Below, one piece after another: positions 1 through 9,448 of a stretch of DNA of 64,000 nucleotides. Within the stretch, counting starts at the first letter, position 1. Every line of letters begins with the position of its first letter. Below the pieces are notes generated by a model. The model was not told the origin of the DNA and did not search any database. It saw nothing but the letters and a program-made list of their open reading frames with translations. The position numbers and the translations under genes are program-made. Source of the DNA: Mycobacteriales bacterium (lineage in GTDB: Bacteria; Actinomycetota; Actinomycetes; JAFAQI01); the NCBI GenBank assembly GCA_035501255.1, contig DATJWM010000086.1:8203-72202 (forward strand). Direction: 5' to 3'.

Positions 1-1
1 C

Positions 2-829
2 CCCCAGACCTACCGCAGGCCGACGCACCTCAATGTCACCGCGTCCTCGATTCCCCGCCGGGTCCTGGCCGCCTACGTCAACGCCGCCCGCCTCGCCGAC
101 CGGAACGACCAGGCCTGCGACCTGCAGTGGCAGACGATCGCCGGAATCGGGTTCATCGAATCCGACCACGCGCGTTCCGGGGGATCCGAGCAGCCACACT
201 GGGACGGCGTCGCGAATCCGCCGATCTACGGGCCTGCGCTCGACGGCGCGCATGGCTGGGCGCGCATCCCGAACACCGACCCCTCGATCGACGGTCCCGG
301 CCGCTGGGAGCGCGCCGTCGGACCGATGCAGTTCATTCCATCGACGTGGAACGCCTACGCCGCCGACGGCAACCATGACGGTGTCGAAAACCCGCAGGAC
401 ATCGACGACGCCACCCTCGCCGCCGCCGACTACCTCTGCGCCACGGGAAGCCACCTCGACCGACCCGCTGCGCTGATCCGGGCCGTTCACGCCTACAACC
501 ACTCCTATACCTACGTCCGCGAGGTCCTGACCGTCGCAGCGCACTACGAGGGCATCAACCCGGCCAAGCTCGGCGTGAACGGGTTGCCGGGCACCGCGAA
601 GCGCCGTGAACTTCGGCTCCGGATCACGATGCCGCCGGCCGACGCCACACCGACCCCGCCCGGACACCGGGGTTCAGGTTCATCGGCGCCGGACCCGACG
701 CCCACCTCGTCTCCGACCCATAGCCCGAAGCCGACGCCCTCCCAGCCACGACCGTCGGCGCCGACCTCGCCGACGACATCGCCATCCCCGACGGCGACCA
801 CGCTGCCCGGCCACGTGCCGGGCCACTAG
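2..829 (+). CDS. Lytic transglycosylase (SLT-like) domain protein, 5'-partial, with Pro/Thr/Ser-rich C-terminal tail
   Basis: Frame 2 is open from the window start. Motifs 'IAGIGFIESDHARSG' and 'RAVGPMQFIPSTWNAYAADGNHDGVENPQDIDDATLAAADYLC' are typical of actinobacterial transglycosylase SLT domains. The C-terminal PT-rich low-complexity tail ends at TAG 827-829. Confidence 0.6.
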   Translation, partial: PQTYRRPTHLNVTASSIPRRVLAAYVNAARLADRNDQACDLQWQTIAGIGFIESDHARSGGSEQPHWDGVANPPIYGPALDGAHGWARIPNTDPSIDGPGRWERAVGPMQFIPSTWNAYAADGNHDGVENPQDIDDATLAAADYLCATGSHLDRPAALIRAVHAYNHSYTYVREVLTVAAHYEGINPAKLGVNGLPGTAKRRELRLRITMPPADATPTPPGHRGSGSSAPDPTPTSSPTHSPKPTPSQPRPSAPTSPTTSPSPTATTLPGHVPGH

Positions 830-831
830 TC

Positions 832-1656
832 CTAGCCGAAGCGCCCGTGGACGTAGTCGGCGGTGCGCGCGTCCTTCGGGTTGTTGAAGATGTCCGTGGT
901 GAAACCGGATTCGACGATCGCGCCGGGAGTGCCCATCTCCGCGAGGAAGAACGCGCATTGCTGGGACACCCGCGCCGCCTGCTGCATGTTGTGGGTGACG
1001 ATCACGATCGTGACGTCATGATGCAGATCCGCGATCGTCTCCTCCACCCGCCGGGTCGAGGTCGGATCGAGCGCCGAACACGGCTCGTCCATCAGCAGCA
1101 CCTCCGGGCGCACCGCAAGGGCTCGGGCGATGCACAACCGCTGCTGCTGGCCTCCGGACAACGCCCCCCCGGCGTCTCCGAGGCGGTCCTTGACCTCACC
1201 CCAGAGACTGGCGCGGCTCAGGCATTCTTCGATCAAGTCTGCGCGTTCGGACTTCGACGGCGACGTGCCGGTCAACTTCAGGCCGGCCAGAACGTTGTCG
1301 CCGATCGACATCGTCGGGAACGGGTTCGGCTTTTGGAAGACCATGCCGATCTTGCGACGGGTCTCGGTGATCCGCTGACCAGGCGCATAGATGTCCACCC
1401 CGTCGAGAAGGACCTCGCCGGCTAGCTGCGCACTCGGTACCGATTCGTGCATCCGGTTGAGGATCCGCAAGAACGTCGACTTACCGCAACCCGAGGGACC
1501 GATCAGCGCGGTCACCGTCTTACCCGGCATCGCGAGGGACACCCGTTCGAGCACCTTGTTCGACCCGAACCAGGCGGAGATTCGCACCGCCTCGATCCCG
1601 CTGCCCTGGTTGGATTCGATGCGGAGCCCGGTGGCGGTCTCGTCAATCACCGACAC
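832..1656 (-). CDS. pstB: Phosphate ABC transporter ATP-binding protein PstB (orphan, PhoT-like)
   Basis: 274 aa with Walker A 'GPSGCGKST', signature 'LSGGQQQRL', Walker B 'LLMDEP' and the PstB-typical C-terminus '[19 protein letters not shown]'. Confidence 0.9.
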   Translation of the reverse strand: MSVIDETATGLRIESNQGSGIEAVRISAWFGSNKVLERVSLAMPGKTVTALIGPSGCGKSTFLRILNRMHESVPSAQLAGEVLLDGVDIYAPGQRITETRRKIGMVFQKPNPFPTMSIGDNVLAGLKLTGTSPSKSERADLIEECLSRASLWGEVKDRLGDAGGALSGGQQQRLCIARALAVRPEVLLMDEPCSALDPTSTRRVEETIADLHHDVTIVIVTHNMQQAARVSQQCAFFLAEMGTPGAIVESGFTTDIFNNPKDARTADYVHGRFG

Positions 1657-1871
1657 TGCGACGTCCCCTTCGTGTGAGCCTCGCTGTTGCGACCGCCGAG
1701 TGTGACCACAGCCTCGCGCCGGCTCTTCGATCGTAGAGTCGGAACGGCCCTGTGATGTCGGTTCAAGGCAGGCTGACGCCGACAGGTCATCCAGCGTTCA
1801 TCTCCCGGTCGCTTTGTGGTTGACCAACGCCGCGACCGTGGAGGATCCGACAACCACCAAAAGGATCGAGC

Positions 1872-2798
1872 GTGTCGCGAGACCAGGTGCGTCGCGGCGC
1901 CACGCTGGTCGCCATCCTCGCCGCCGCCGCAGGAATGTCGCTGACCTCGACGGCAACGGCCGCAATCGCCGCGCCGAAGGCGAAGTGCGACCTCGCAGTC
2001 ACGACGCCGTACTCGGCGGATCGACCGCTTCGCCTGCCCCTCGTTCTCGACTCGACCGGCAACGCCTACTCGGGGAGCGCGGTATTTCGCTCGATCACCG
2101 TGTCGGACACCAGACGTTCGAACAAGCGCTGGACGCTCAAGGCGCTCGCCGGCCCGTTGAGCTTGACGCCGGCGCAAGGCACCGCCGTGGGCGGCACGGG
2201 TGACGGCCAGATCAACTCCCAGAACGTCGGCATCTCGGAGCTGACCACCCTGCGCGCATGGCATGGCTTTTCTCTCGCCCATCACAACCTCACCCTGATC
2301 AACCGGACCGCGGCCTCCCCACCTGCGCCGGCGGCGGCGAGAGGAGGCCTCGGACTGGGTGGCTCGAAGGCGCACCCGATCGCGACCGCGCTCCATGGCC
2401 GTGGCTCCGTGCGCATCGGTGGCGTGCTCACGCTCGACGCGCCGACCTCGACAGCGGCCGGAAGCTTCGTCGGCGAGGTGACCTTCACCGTTGGCTGTGG
2501 GCGGGTGGTGGTTCCCGTCAAGCCGCCCAAGCACCATCACCATCACCATCACCATCACCACCACCACCCGCATTCGCCCAGGCCGACGCCGACCCCCTCA
2601 TCGACGGTGAAAGCCACCGGGGTGCCACGCGGGACCACCAACGGAGGCGGCAACGGCGGCTCGGGAGGCGTGATGCCGTTCACCGGCTTCGACCTCGCTG
2701 GATTCGTCGTCGCTGCGATCATCGCCTTGGCGCTCGGAGCGCTGTTGGTGGTGGCCGGTCGACGGCGTTGGTCGCAGCCGTCAGGTCCTGGGACCTGA
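1872..2798 (+). CDS. Secreted protein with 13-His tract, PT-rich linker and C-terminal sorting-signal-like anchor (MPFTG + TM + RRR)
   Basis: N-terminal signal peptide 'LVAILAAAAGMSLTSTATAAIAAPKA'. Run 'KHHHHHHHHHHHHHPH' at 2532-2576. The C-terminus 'GGVMPFTGFDLAGFVVAAIIALALGALLVVAGRRRW' has the tripartite layout of a sortase sorting signal. The internal module 'LTLDAPTSTAAGSFVGEVTFTV' is shared with the 4986-6842 protein. Confidence 0.6.
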   Translation: MSRDQVRRGATLVAILAAAAGMSLTSTATAAIAAPKAKCDLAVTTPYSADRPLRLPLVLDSTGNAYSGSAVFRSITVSDTRRSNKRWTLKALAGPLSLTPAQGTAVGGTGDGQINSQNVGISELTTLRAWHGFSLAHHNLTLINRTAASPPAPAAARGGLGLGGSKAHPIATALHGRGSVRIGGVLTLDAPTSTAAGSFVGEVTFTVGCGRVVVPVKPPKHHHHHHHHHHHHPHSPRPTPTPSSTVKATGVPRGTTNGGGNGGSGGVMPFTGFDLAGFVVAAIIALALGALLVVAGRRRWSQPSGPGT

Positions 2799-3728
2799 CG
2801 CCGCGGACCTCCGCCGCCAGAGATAGGCACCGCCAACCCCGACGAGAACGACCGCAACGATCACGCCCGCAATCGCGCCGGCATCCGAGCCGCCGCCGGA
2901 CGAGGACGCGTTGTCCTGCGACGCCGCGCCGCTCGTCGTGTCCGGGCCGGGAGAGGTCGTGCCTGAACCCGAGGCTTGGCTCGACGCTCCGCTCGACGGC
3001 TGGGAGGACGGGGTGGACGTGGAGGCACCGAGCGCGGCCGCGCGGGCGGCGATGTTCGCGGCACGACCGATCGGAGCGCCGACCGACTTGGCTGCCACAG
3101 GTGAGAGCAGCTGTGGTCGGCCACGTCCCTGCTTGTTCCACTTCGGCAGCGCGGACTCCGGTGACACGGCCCGACCGGCGGTGCAGTTCACCCGCACGTT
3201 TGTGACGCTGTGCCATGTCGTTCCCGTGACGTCGATGAACGAAGCCGCGTAATTCGTCGAGTAACCGGTGTCGACGCTGCTGTAGAGCACACGCAGCTCG
3301 ATGTAGTGGCCCGCCATCGCCGGGTAGTCGTTGAGAAAGTCCGACAGAGCGAGGTCGCGGGAGGTCGCCTGTGCCATCGGCACGGAAGCGTTGGTGTAAA
3401 CGCTCGCTGCGGTCAGCGTGTCACCGCTCCATTGGGCCGCGTCGATCCCGGGTCGAGGCTGGAAGGCGTAGAGCGTTGCCTTGCGCCCCTTTCCATTGAA
3501 CGGCTGCGGCGCGGCAGCGGTGCTCACTGCGCGCCAGACGAACGGCTTGTCGTACACGCTGCCGTGCGTGATCTGCTGACCGTGGCTGTTGCAGAATCCC
3601 ACGTGCCCCTGGGCGTAGGGGTCGCTCGGTACCGGTGCCGAGGCGCGAGCCGGCACGGCCGCGACGGCGAGGGATCCGGCCGCAATCAGCGCGGCGGCTG
3701 TCAGAGTCGAGGTTCGGATCAAGCGCAT
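2781..3728 (-). CDS. Surface-anchored hypothetical protein (signal peptide, Ser-rich linker, C-terminal TM + RRR)
   Basis: 315 aa. N-terminal signal 'LTAAALIAAGSLAVAAVPARA'. Ser/Gly-rich stretch, then 'AIAGVIVAVVLVGVGGAYLWRRRS' at the C-terminus. No recognisable catalytic motif. Confidence 0.5.
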   Translation of the reverse strand: MRLIRTSTLTAAALIAAGSLAVAAVPARASAPVPSDPYAQGHVGFCNSHGQQITHGSVYDKPFVWRAVSTAAAPQPFNGKGRKATLYAFQPRPGIDAAQWSGDTLTAASVYTNASVPMAQATSRDLALSDFLNDYPAMAGHYIELRVLYSSVDTGYSTNYAASFIDVTGTTWHSVTNVRVNCTAGRAVSPESALPKWNKQGRGRPQLLSPVAAKSVGAPIGRAANIAARAAALGASTSTPSSQPSSGASSQASGSGTTSPGPDTTSGAASQDNASSSGGGSDAGAIAGVIVAVVLVGVGGAYLWRRRSAASGPRT

Positions 3729-3746
3729 GCGGTGTGCCTACCCTTT

Positions 3747-4871
3747 TCAGGTTGTTCCTGCCGAAGCCGGTCCGGTCGTGACCCGGGTCCCCCGCCGGAC
3801 ATTGCGCCTCCGTCGCACCGCAAAGACGGCGGCAGCAACGACGACGAGGATGAGCGCGAGCAGGATCCAGGGGATCGCGAGAAACGTTGCGCTCGCGGAC
3901 GCCGGCTCGGCGCCAGGGTCGACATCGCCCTCAGGGATGAGCGGAGTGAGAACGACGTGCGAGTGGTCGAAGATCGCGGGAGTGACGTCCTGCGCGTGCA
4001 CGGTGATCGACGCGGAATTGCCGGGCAGGAGCGCCGGGACGTTGCTGGCCGCAACCTTGACCGTCGAGCCGATCCAGCTGCTGACCGTCACCAGCTGGCG
4101 CGCACCCAGGTTGACGTTGCCGGTGTTAACCACCCGGTAACTGATCGTGGCGCTCCCTTTCCCGATCGGGTCGAGTGTTGCCGAATACGAGGTGTGCAGG
4201 CCTTCGACCTGAAGTTGTGGGTGCACCGGCCCGGACACCCGGATAGCGACCGGGACGGCCACCCGCTGCTCGAGCTTCGGGTTGACCTTCAGTCCTTTCC
4301 GGGTCTTCACCGCGGCGCTCAGCGAGGAGATGATCCCTGCCGTGTGGTCGCCCGGCGTCGCGTGGCGCGGGACATGCACCTGGACCGCCACGATCGCGCG
4401 GGATCGCGCCGGCACCCGAAGCACATGTCCGTGGTGCGGAAGACCGAGCGTGATCCATGCCCCCGCGTCGCGCGGGGTAGCCGCCTGCGGCTGAAGCCCG
4501 AGCTGTCCGTTCGCAGCGTTCGTCGCATCCCGTGCGTACAGCGCGAGCGTCAGAGGTTTCTTGGAAAAGTTCTCGATCCCGACATGGTCGTGAACGACCG
4601 CTCCAGGACTCACGAACCACTTGAAGTCCGGCCGCCCGTCGATCTTGTGCGCGTTGGCTGGCCCGATGCCCCACGCCAAACTCTTCGGCGACGGCGCGTT
4701 GTGGGTCGGCTCGTTGGCCGCGGGAACCGTGGCCGAGCCTCGGTCGAGCCAGTGCGACGGGCCGACGGTCGTGGCGATGGCGATGGCGAGGACGAGGACA
4801 AGCGCGCGGCAGATCCGATTCGCGGCCCTGCGGGCGAAGCGGTCGCGCGGGGTGGCCACACCGCTAGCCAA
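3747..4871 (-). CDS. Cell-surface protein with N-terminal signal/TM and C-terminal TM + RRRR tail (possibly DUF916/CscA-like, uncertain)
   Basis: 374 aa. N-terminal hydrophobic 'ALVLVLAIAIATTV'. C-terminus 'FLAIPWILLALILVVVAAAVFAVRRRRNV'. The central beta-rich region carries no enzymatic motifs. Confidence 0.45.
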   Translation of the reverse strand: MASGVATPRDRFARRAANRICRALVLVLAIAIATTVGPSHWLDRGSATVPAANEPTHNAPSPKSLAWGIGPANAHKIDGRPDFKWFVSPGAVVHDHVGIENFSKKPLTLALYARDATNAANGQLGLQPQAATPRDAGAWITLGLPHHGHVLRVPARSRAIVAVQVHVPRHATPGDHTAGIISSLSAAVKTRKGLKVNPKLEQRVAVPVAIRVSGPVHPQLQVEGLHTSYSATLDPIGKGSATISYRVVNTGNVNLGARQLVTVSSWIGSTVKVAASNVPALLPGNSASITVHAQDVTPAIFDHSHVVLTPLIPEGDVDPGAEPASASATFLAIPWILLALILVVVAAAVFAVRRRRNVRRGTRVTTGPASAGTT

Positions 4872-4985
4872 GCCCGGGCGAGTGAACGCCCGTAAATCCG
4901 AGGATGAACAAGAAGCAAAGAGGTCCGGGCGGGCGCTCCACGCGCCCGCCCGGACCCTTGATCCTTCACGAACCTCCAGGGCCGG

Positions 4986-6842
4986 TTAGACCAGGCTTCC
5001 CACGAGGGTGAAGGTGATGGTGCCGGTGAACAAACCCGCCTCGGTGGAGCTCGGGGCGTTGAGGGTCAGCAGACCGGTCAGACCGATCGAACCAATCCCC
5101 TGCTGGGCCTGCGCGATGTCGTGCGCGCCGTTGCCCAGACCCGCAGTGCCGAGGTCCGTCGGCGCGACGGCCGGGTAGGCAGCCGGGTTGGCGAACGTCG
5201 TGAAGTTCGACGCGAGCCCGTTGAACCCGTTGCCACTGACCGGAACCTCGGTCAACCCGGTGAGACCGACGTCCTCACCACTGATCTGCGAACCGGCGTT
5301 GGACCCACCGTCACTCAGCGTCGACGCCGCCGCCTGGGCGGTCCAGGGCAGGTCACCGGCTCGGGTGTCGGTGACGTAGATGTCCTGCGTCGGGTCCGTC
5401 GCGCTTCCGCCGAAGGTAGCGCTCGCCGAATACACCGTGCCCGTGCTGTCCAGGTGCATGGTGCCCAGGTTCAGCGGGTTCTGGTTGGAGTACGGCGTGG
5501 TGATGCTCAGCACACCCTGCGGGATCGTGGCCTCGATGTTCTGCACGTCGGTGCACTGTGAACCGGTCGAGGCGCACGGACCGTTCGGGTTCGCCGACTG
5601 GCTGAACGTCGACGCCGCCGAGGTGGACGTTGCGCAAACCGTCGCGTCGGACGGGCTGAACACCGCGGTGATCGAGTGCGAGCCCGGCGAGTTGAACGTG
5701 TTGGTCGCGTCGAACTCGTTCGGCGTGCCCGGCTTCGGGCTAATCGGTCCTGCAACCTTCGTGGTGTCGTCGTAGAAGTTGACGGTACCGGTGCAGGCCG
5801 AAGCCGACCCGTAGTCCACCGTTGCCACGTAGCTGTTCTGGTCGCCGGCGTACTGACCCGGTGTCACCGACAGGTCGGTGCTCGTGGCCGGCGCCGGAGG
5901 CGCAACCGAGAACGGCACTGTTGCCGAGGTGGATGTCGTCAGGCTGGTGCCGATGTAGGGAGCGAACTGTGCCGTGAAGCTGTGCGTCGACGGGTTCGCA
6001 ACGCTGTCAGTCACGCTCGCCGTGTACGGGCCGGACCCGGACACGAGCTGGGTGGTCCCCACCTGGGTGGCGCCGTCGAAGAACGTCACCGTCCCGATCG
6101 GCCCGGTGTAGCTGCTCGGGACCGCGCTCGCGGCACTCACCGACGCGTTCAGCGTGACGCTCTCCGGGTTGTTCGAGGAGGTGTCCGGGCTGGTCGGCGA
6201 GGTGTGCAGCGTCGTGGTGGTCGTGTCCGTGGCGTCGGGGTAGGTGCCCGAAGCCGGGTACACGACCTGCCAGGTGTCCGCGCTCGGGTTGACCTGGATG
6301 TCGAGCGTGTCGTACTGCGTGGTGTCCGGCGGCTGGCCGGTTCCCGAGGTGTAGATCCGCAGCTGGTAGAGGTTCTGGTAGCCGCTGGTGCTCAGGTTGT
6401 TCGGGTACTCCCCGATGTAGTCGTTCATCGACAGGTCGGTCGACCCGCCGGTGACGAAAGGCAGCCCCGGAGTGCTGACGGCACTCGGCGTTCCGCTCGG
6501 AACCGGGCTGTAGGTCCCGGCGCTGAGCACGTCACTGCTCCAGGTCTGCGGGTTGCTTCCGGGCACCGGCGTAGCGACGTACAGCTGCGCCTTGGAGTCG
6601 CCCGAGCGACCGGCGTGGGACGCGATCGCGTAAGCGGCCAACGGGTGACCATCCAGGCTGCCGCCGGTAATCGGGGCACCCGAGGAGTTGAGCAGCGTGA
6701 TTGTTCCGATGGAGTTCGGGTCCGGTTCCCACCCGACGCTTGTCGTGGTGGCGGACGCGACGCCGCTCGCCGCGAGCACTAGCCCGCTCGCGAGCGCCAG
6801 GGATCCTGCCCCGGTAAGCGCACGTTTGAAGTTGGTTCGCAC
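4986..6842 (-). CDS. Large secreted Thr/Ser-rich repeat protein; N-terminal domain paralogous to the 16461-17585 product; C-terminal module shared with the 1872-2798 product
   Basis: 618 aa with signal peptide 'LALASGLVLAASGVASA'. N-terminus 'TTSVGWEPDPNSIGTITLLNSSGAPITGG...AYAIASHAGRSGD..QLY' matches 'TTPGWEPDPNAIGSITLYDSSGSPITSG...AYAVATHAGRSGD' in the 16461 gene. The C-terminus ends '...LTLNAPSSTEAGLFTGTITFTLVGSLV'. Confidence 0.6.
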   Translation of the reverse strand: MRTNFKRALTGAGSLALASGLVLAASGVASATTTSVGWEPDPNSIGTITLLNSSGAPITGGSLDGHPLAAYAIASHAGRSGDSKAQLYVATPVPGSNPQTWSSDVLSAGTYSPVPSGTPSAVSTPGLPFVTGGSTDLSMNDYIGEYPNNLSTSGYQNLYQLRIYTSGTGQPPDTTQYDTLDIQVNPSADTWQVVYPASGTYPDATDTTTTTLHTSPTSPDTSSNNPESVTLNASVSAASAVPSSYTGPIGTVTFFDGATQVGTTQLVSGSGPYTASVTDSVANPSTHSFTAQFAPYIGTSLTTSTSATVPFSVAPPAPATSTDLSVTPGQYAGDQNSYVATVDYGSASACTGTVNFYDDTTKVAGPISPKPGTPNEFDATNTFNSPGSHSITAVFSPSDATVCATSTSAASTFSQSANPNGPCASTGSQCTDVQNIEATIPQGVLSITTPYSNQNPLNLGTMHLDSTGTVYSASATFGGSATDPTQDIYVTDTRAGDLPWTAQAAASTLSDGGSNAGSQISGEDVGLTGLTEVPVSGNGFNGLASNFTTFANPAAYPAVAPTDLGTAGLGNGAHDIAQAQQGIGSIGLTGLLTLNAPSSTEAGLFTGTITFTLVGSLV

Positions 6843-7012
6843 TACAGTTTTCTCCTTTAGGAAGTGTCCAGATGCGAAAAGTCGGTCATCATGGACACGG
6901 GCTGGGCCCGTGCCCGGTCCAACGAGACCCTCTCCCCGGCGCCCGGTCCGAAGCCAAAGGCGCCGGGGAGAAGGGTTTTCTGCGGTTATTGCAACTTCAC
7001 CGCCAGGGTGAC

Positions 7013-8290
7013 TCAGCCGGATGAAACGTCGCCGAGGTCCTGGTAGTTCGGGGTGAAGTAGGCCGCGCTGATGTCCGGAGCGTTCGACGCCCGAGCGATC
7101 CAGCTGGTGCTGCCCTTCAGCAGGTCGTTCACGAAGTTCTTCGTGCCGCCTGGCTGGGAGGGCTTACAGCCGGAGTAGCTCGACGACGCACAAGTTCCCG
7201 AACCCGGCGTCAGGCCGAGGTCGTAGTCACGGGCGATGAAGTACAGCCCGCGGGTCGAGTCGTACACCGAGTCGCTGTGTGAAGTGTCGCTGTCGCTGGC
7301 CGGCTTCTGGTCAGCGGACGGGCAGTTCGGCGTCATGTCACCGGTGGTGCAGCCGCTGATCAGCGAGATGTTGAAGTTGGATGCGGGCTCCTGGCTGTTG
7401 CCGTAGTAGCCGCTCTGGATGAGGTTGATCTTGCCGACCGAGAACGGCTCGATCGCGTCCGCCGGAGTCGCCGCCAGCGTGACGCCGGTCGGGTCGTGCT
7501 CCTCACTGATCCGGATGCAAGTGCTCGAACTGATCGTCGAGTCGGACACACCGATGTCGGACTCGAAGAAGTTGCGAGTGCCCGAGCCGGACTGCGGGAT
7601 CACCGGAATGATGTGGTCGGTCGAGGCGCCGGAAGGCGCGCCCGGAACCTCAGCCCACTCGATTCCCTGGCTGCCGTCGCAGTGGCTGTAGATGTAGGCG
7701 AGTTGCGTGCCGTCAAGCGGGAAGCCGTTGAAGCTCACGCTCGACTTCGCGATCTCCAGGTTGTCGGTGGCGAACTGGAACACGTGCAGACCACCGCAGT
7801 CCGTGATACCGGCGCACGACGTCTGCTCCGAGCCCTTCGGCAACCGGGACGCACGGGAGAAGGTGAGCGACCCGGTTGGCAACCCTTGGTAGCCGCCGCC
7901 ACCGACCGAGTCCGCGATCAGCGCGCTGATACCCGCACCCGAGCCATCCGGACGCTCGACCGGCTTCGTGCCGGCCCGCAGCACCGCCGACGTTGTGCCG
8001 TTGCCGTAAAGCAACGCACCGGTGGAGTCGTAGAGCGCCCGGCCGTTGCCGTCACCGGTCGCGAAGTAGTTGTAGACGCTGTTCGTCTTGCCCGTGTTGT
8101 ACGCCGGGTCACCCGCGACGTCACCACTGAACAGGAAGTCCGCAGCGTTCTGAACCGTGTCAGAGCCGACAGCGACCGCGTCGCCCGGACGTGCTTGCGG
8201 ATCGGCCCACGCCGGCTGCATTGCAAACAGCAATGCGGCGGTGGTCCCCGCGGCACCGAGCGCCAGAGTCGCCCTTGCCTTTCTCGACAT
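7013..8290 (-). CDS. Secreted PstS-like (periplasmic binding protein superfamily) domain protein, divergent
   Basis: 425 aa with signal 'LALGAAGTTAALLFAMQPAWA'. 'AVGSDTVQNAADFLF' and 'IIPVIPQSGSGTRNFFESDIG' resemble the 'GSGSTW...' and 'IPIVPIVHSEGSGTSYQF' segments of the PstS at 12274-13956. Assigned by resemblance only. Confidence 0.4.
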   Translation of the reverse strand: MSRKARATLALGAAGTTAALLFAMQPAWADPQARPGDAVAVGSDTVQNAADFLFSGDVAGDPAYNTGKTNSVYNYFATGDGNGRALYDSTGALLYGNGTTSAVLRAGTKPVERPDGSGAGISALIADSVGGGGYQGLPTGSLTFSRASRLPKGSEQTSCAGITDCGGLHVFQFATDNLEIAKSSVSFNGFPLDGTQLAYIYSHCDGSQGIEWAEVPGAPSGASTDHIIPVIPQSGSGTRNFFESDIGVSDSTISSSTCIRISEEHDPTGVTLAATPADAIEPFSVGKINLIQSGYYGNSQEPASNFNISLISGCTTGDMTPNCPSADQKPASDSDTSHSDSVYDSTRGLYFIARDYDLGLTPGSGTCASSSYSGCKPSQPGGTKNFVNDLLKGSTSWIARASNAPDISAAYFTPNYQDLGDVSSG

Positions 8291-8460
8291 TCGCCCTCCT
8301 TGGAGGCAGTGCGGAGCCTTTCTCCGCCGGGGCGACCCTAGAGGCCCAATCGGGCTATCAAGCCGCTAGATCCTGAACAGCAGACGAACGATCACCACAA
8401 TCGCGCGATAGGCCTGCTATCGCGCGAGGCGGATGGGCTCCGTGTGACCACGGAGCGTCA

Positions 8461-9441
8461 TCACAGAAGGTTGGGGAGTAGCCGCGCTGCGGTCTCGGTC
8501 ACGACCCAGAGGATCGCGAGCATCGCCGGAACGCCGACCAGCCAGACCTGGCGGCCGCCCCATCGTCGATGCGCCCACACGAAGCCGATCCCGACGACGA
8601 CCAGCAGCTCCAACCAGAGCACCAGCGGGGTGAGCGCGGTGCGATCGATTGCCATCGCCACCTGGTTGGAGGGCTGAACCGTCGGTCCGCCTCCCGGCGA
8701 AGGTTGCGCCTTGCCGACCAGGTTGGCGTCGACGTAGACAACCTGAGAGGGCGCCCACCCACTGCGCCATCCGCTGCCCTCTGCGCTGACCAGAGTGAGG
8801 CGACCCTGGCCGGACGAGAGCAGCGGTGGTACCGGATCGCCAGGCCGTCGTACGTCGGTGACGCGATAGGTGAATGTGCCCTGACCGGTCACTGCCGTGA
8901 TGCCATCACCCGGTTGCAGCCGGGTGATGTGGGCAAACGGTGCACCAAAGGTGGCGCTCTTGCCAAAGACCACGCTCACGCCTGCCTGGCCGGGCAGAAC
9001 GGTGTCCACCCGGTGTCCCGGCCCCTTCTGCAAGTCGGTAGAGGTCGTGCCCTCCACCACAACGGCGCGGTTGATGCCGGCCTGGGAGGCGCTGATGAGA
9101 GCCACCGGCGCACCGTCGGTGATTTGCCCCCCCAGCGGCGCAACCTCGTTGGCCAGATCCGCCCGCAGGCTCGCGTACATCTGCGCCTGTGTGTGCCTCT
9201 CCTGAAAGCCGCTCAGCACCAACGCATACAGCACCACCCAAAACGCGAGTGCACACAACAGCGCGAGAACCACCAGGACCGTTCCGCCGGGTCCGGTGGA
9301 CGGCGGTCCGCCGGCCGCCCACACCGCGCGCATCCGTGCTCCGGACCGCTGGCGCCAACCCGCGAACCCTCCGGCCTCCGCCGGAGCTGACGCCGCGCCC
9401 GGATCGGAAGTGGGCGCCTTGTCCGCCACGCGGGTGCTCAT
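8461..9441 (-). CDS. Sortase-fold membrane protein (class E-like) lacking the catalytic cysteine (TLxTC replaced by 'TLVSA')
   Basis: 326 aa with an N-terminal TM helix. Sortase hallmarks 'GHRVDT', 'TFGAPFAHITRLQPGDGITAVTGQGTFTYRVTDV' (GAPF..L..GD.I......TY.V) and 'LTLVSAEG' at the TLxTC position. The DNA reads 'gtc agc gca', so the loss is not a single-base artefact. The only Cys lies in the TM helix. Two extra C-terminal TM helices. Confidence 0.6.
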   Translation of the reverse strand: MSTRVADKAPTSDPGAASAPAEAGGFAGWRQRSGARMRAVWAAGGPPSTGPGGTVLVVLALLCALAFWVVLYALVLSGFQERHTQAQMYASLRADLANEVAPLGGQITDGAPVALISASQAGINRAVVVEGTTSTDLQKGPGHRVDTVLPGQAGVSVVFGKSATFGAPFAHITRLQPGDGITAVTGQGTFTYRVTDVRRPGDPVPPLLSSGQGRLTLVSAEGSGWRSGWAPSQVVYVDANLVGKAQPSPGGGPTVQPSNQVAMAIDRTALTPLVLWLELLVVVGIGFVWAHRRWGGRQVWLVGVPAMLAILWVVTETAARLLPNLL

Positions 9442-9448
9442 CGGCCGA

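Noticed and set aside
1657-1871. Possible PHO box upstream of orphan pstB (GTTCA-like words at ~1761-1800)
   Set aside because: The GTTCA/GGTCA words are not in 11-nt phase and the core is degenerate; cannot be supported by eye.
1647-2573. 308-aa minus-strand ORF beginning MRVVVVMVMVMVMV
   Set aside because: The (MV)n run is the reverse-complement reading of the His13 tract. The + strand gene has a signal peptide and a sorting-signal-like C-terminus.
3210-4895. 561-aa + strand ORF
   Set aside because: Antisense to two well-supported minus-strand genes (2781-3728, 3747-4871). Arg/Gly/Asp-rich composition typical of GC-rich antisense frames; no motifs.
5676-6782. 368-aa + strand ORF
   Set aside because: Antisense to the 618-aa secreted protein gene; Arg/Val/Gly-rich low-complexity translation.
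3747-6842. Assignment of the surface cluster to the Gram-positive WxL/Csc (DUF916-DUF3324-WxL) system
   Set aside because: The C-terminal shared motif has Phe not Trp and lacks the D.P of WxL motifs. No DUF916 motif could be confirmed without an HMM search. Kept only as a vague architectural analogy.
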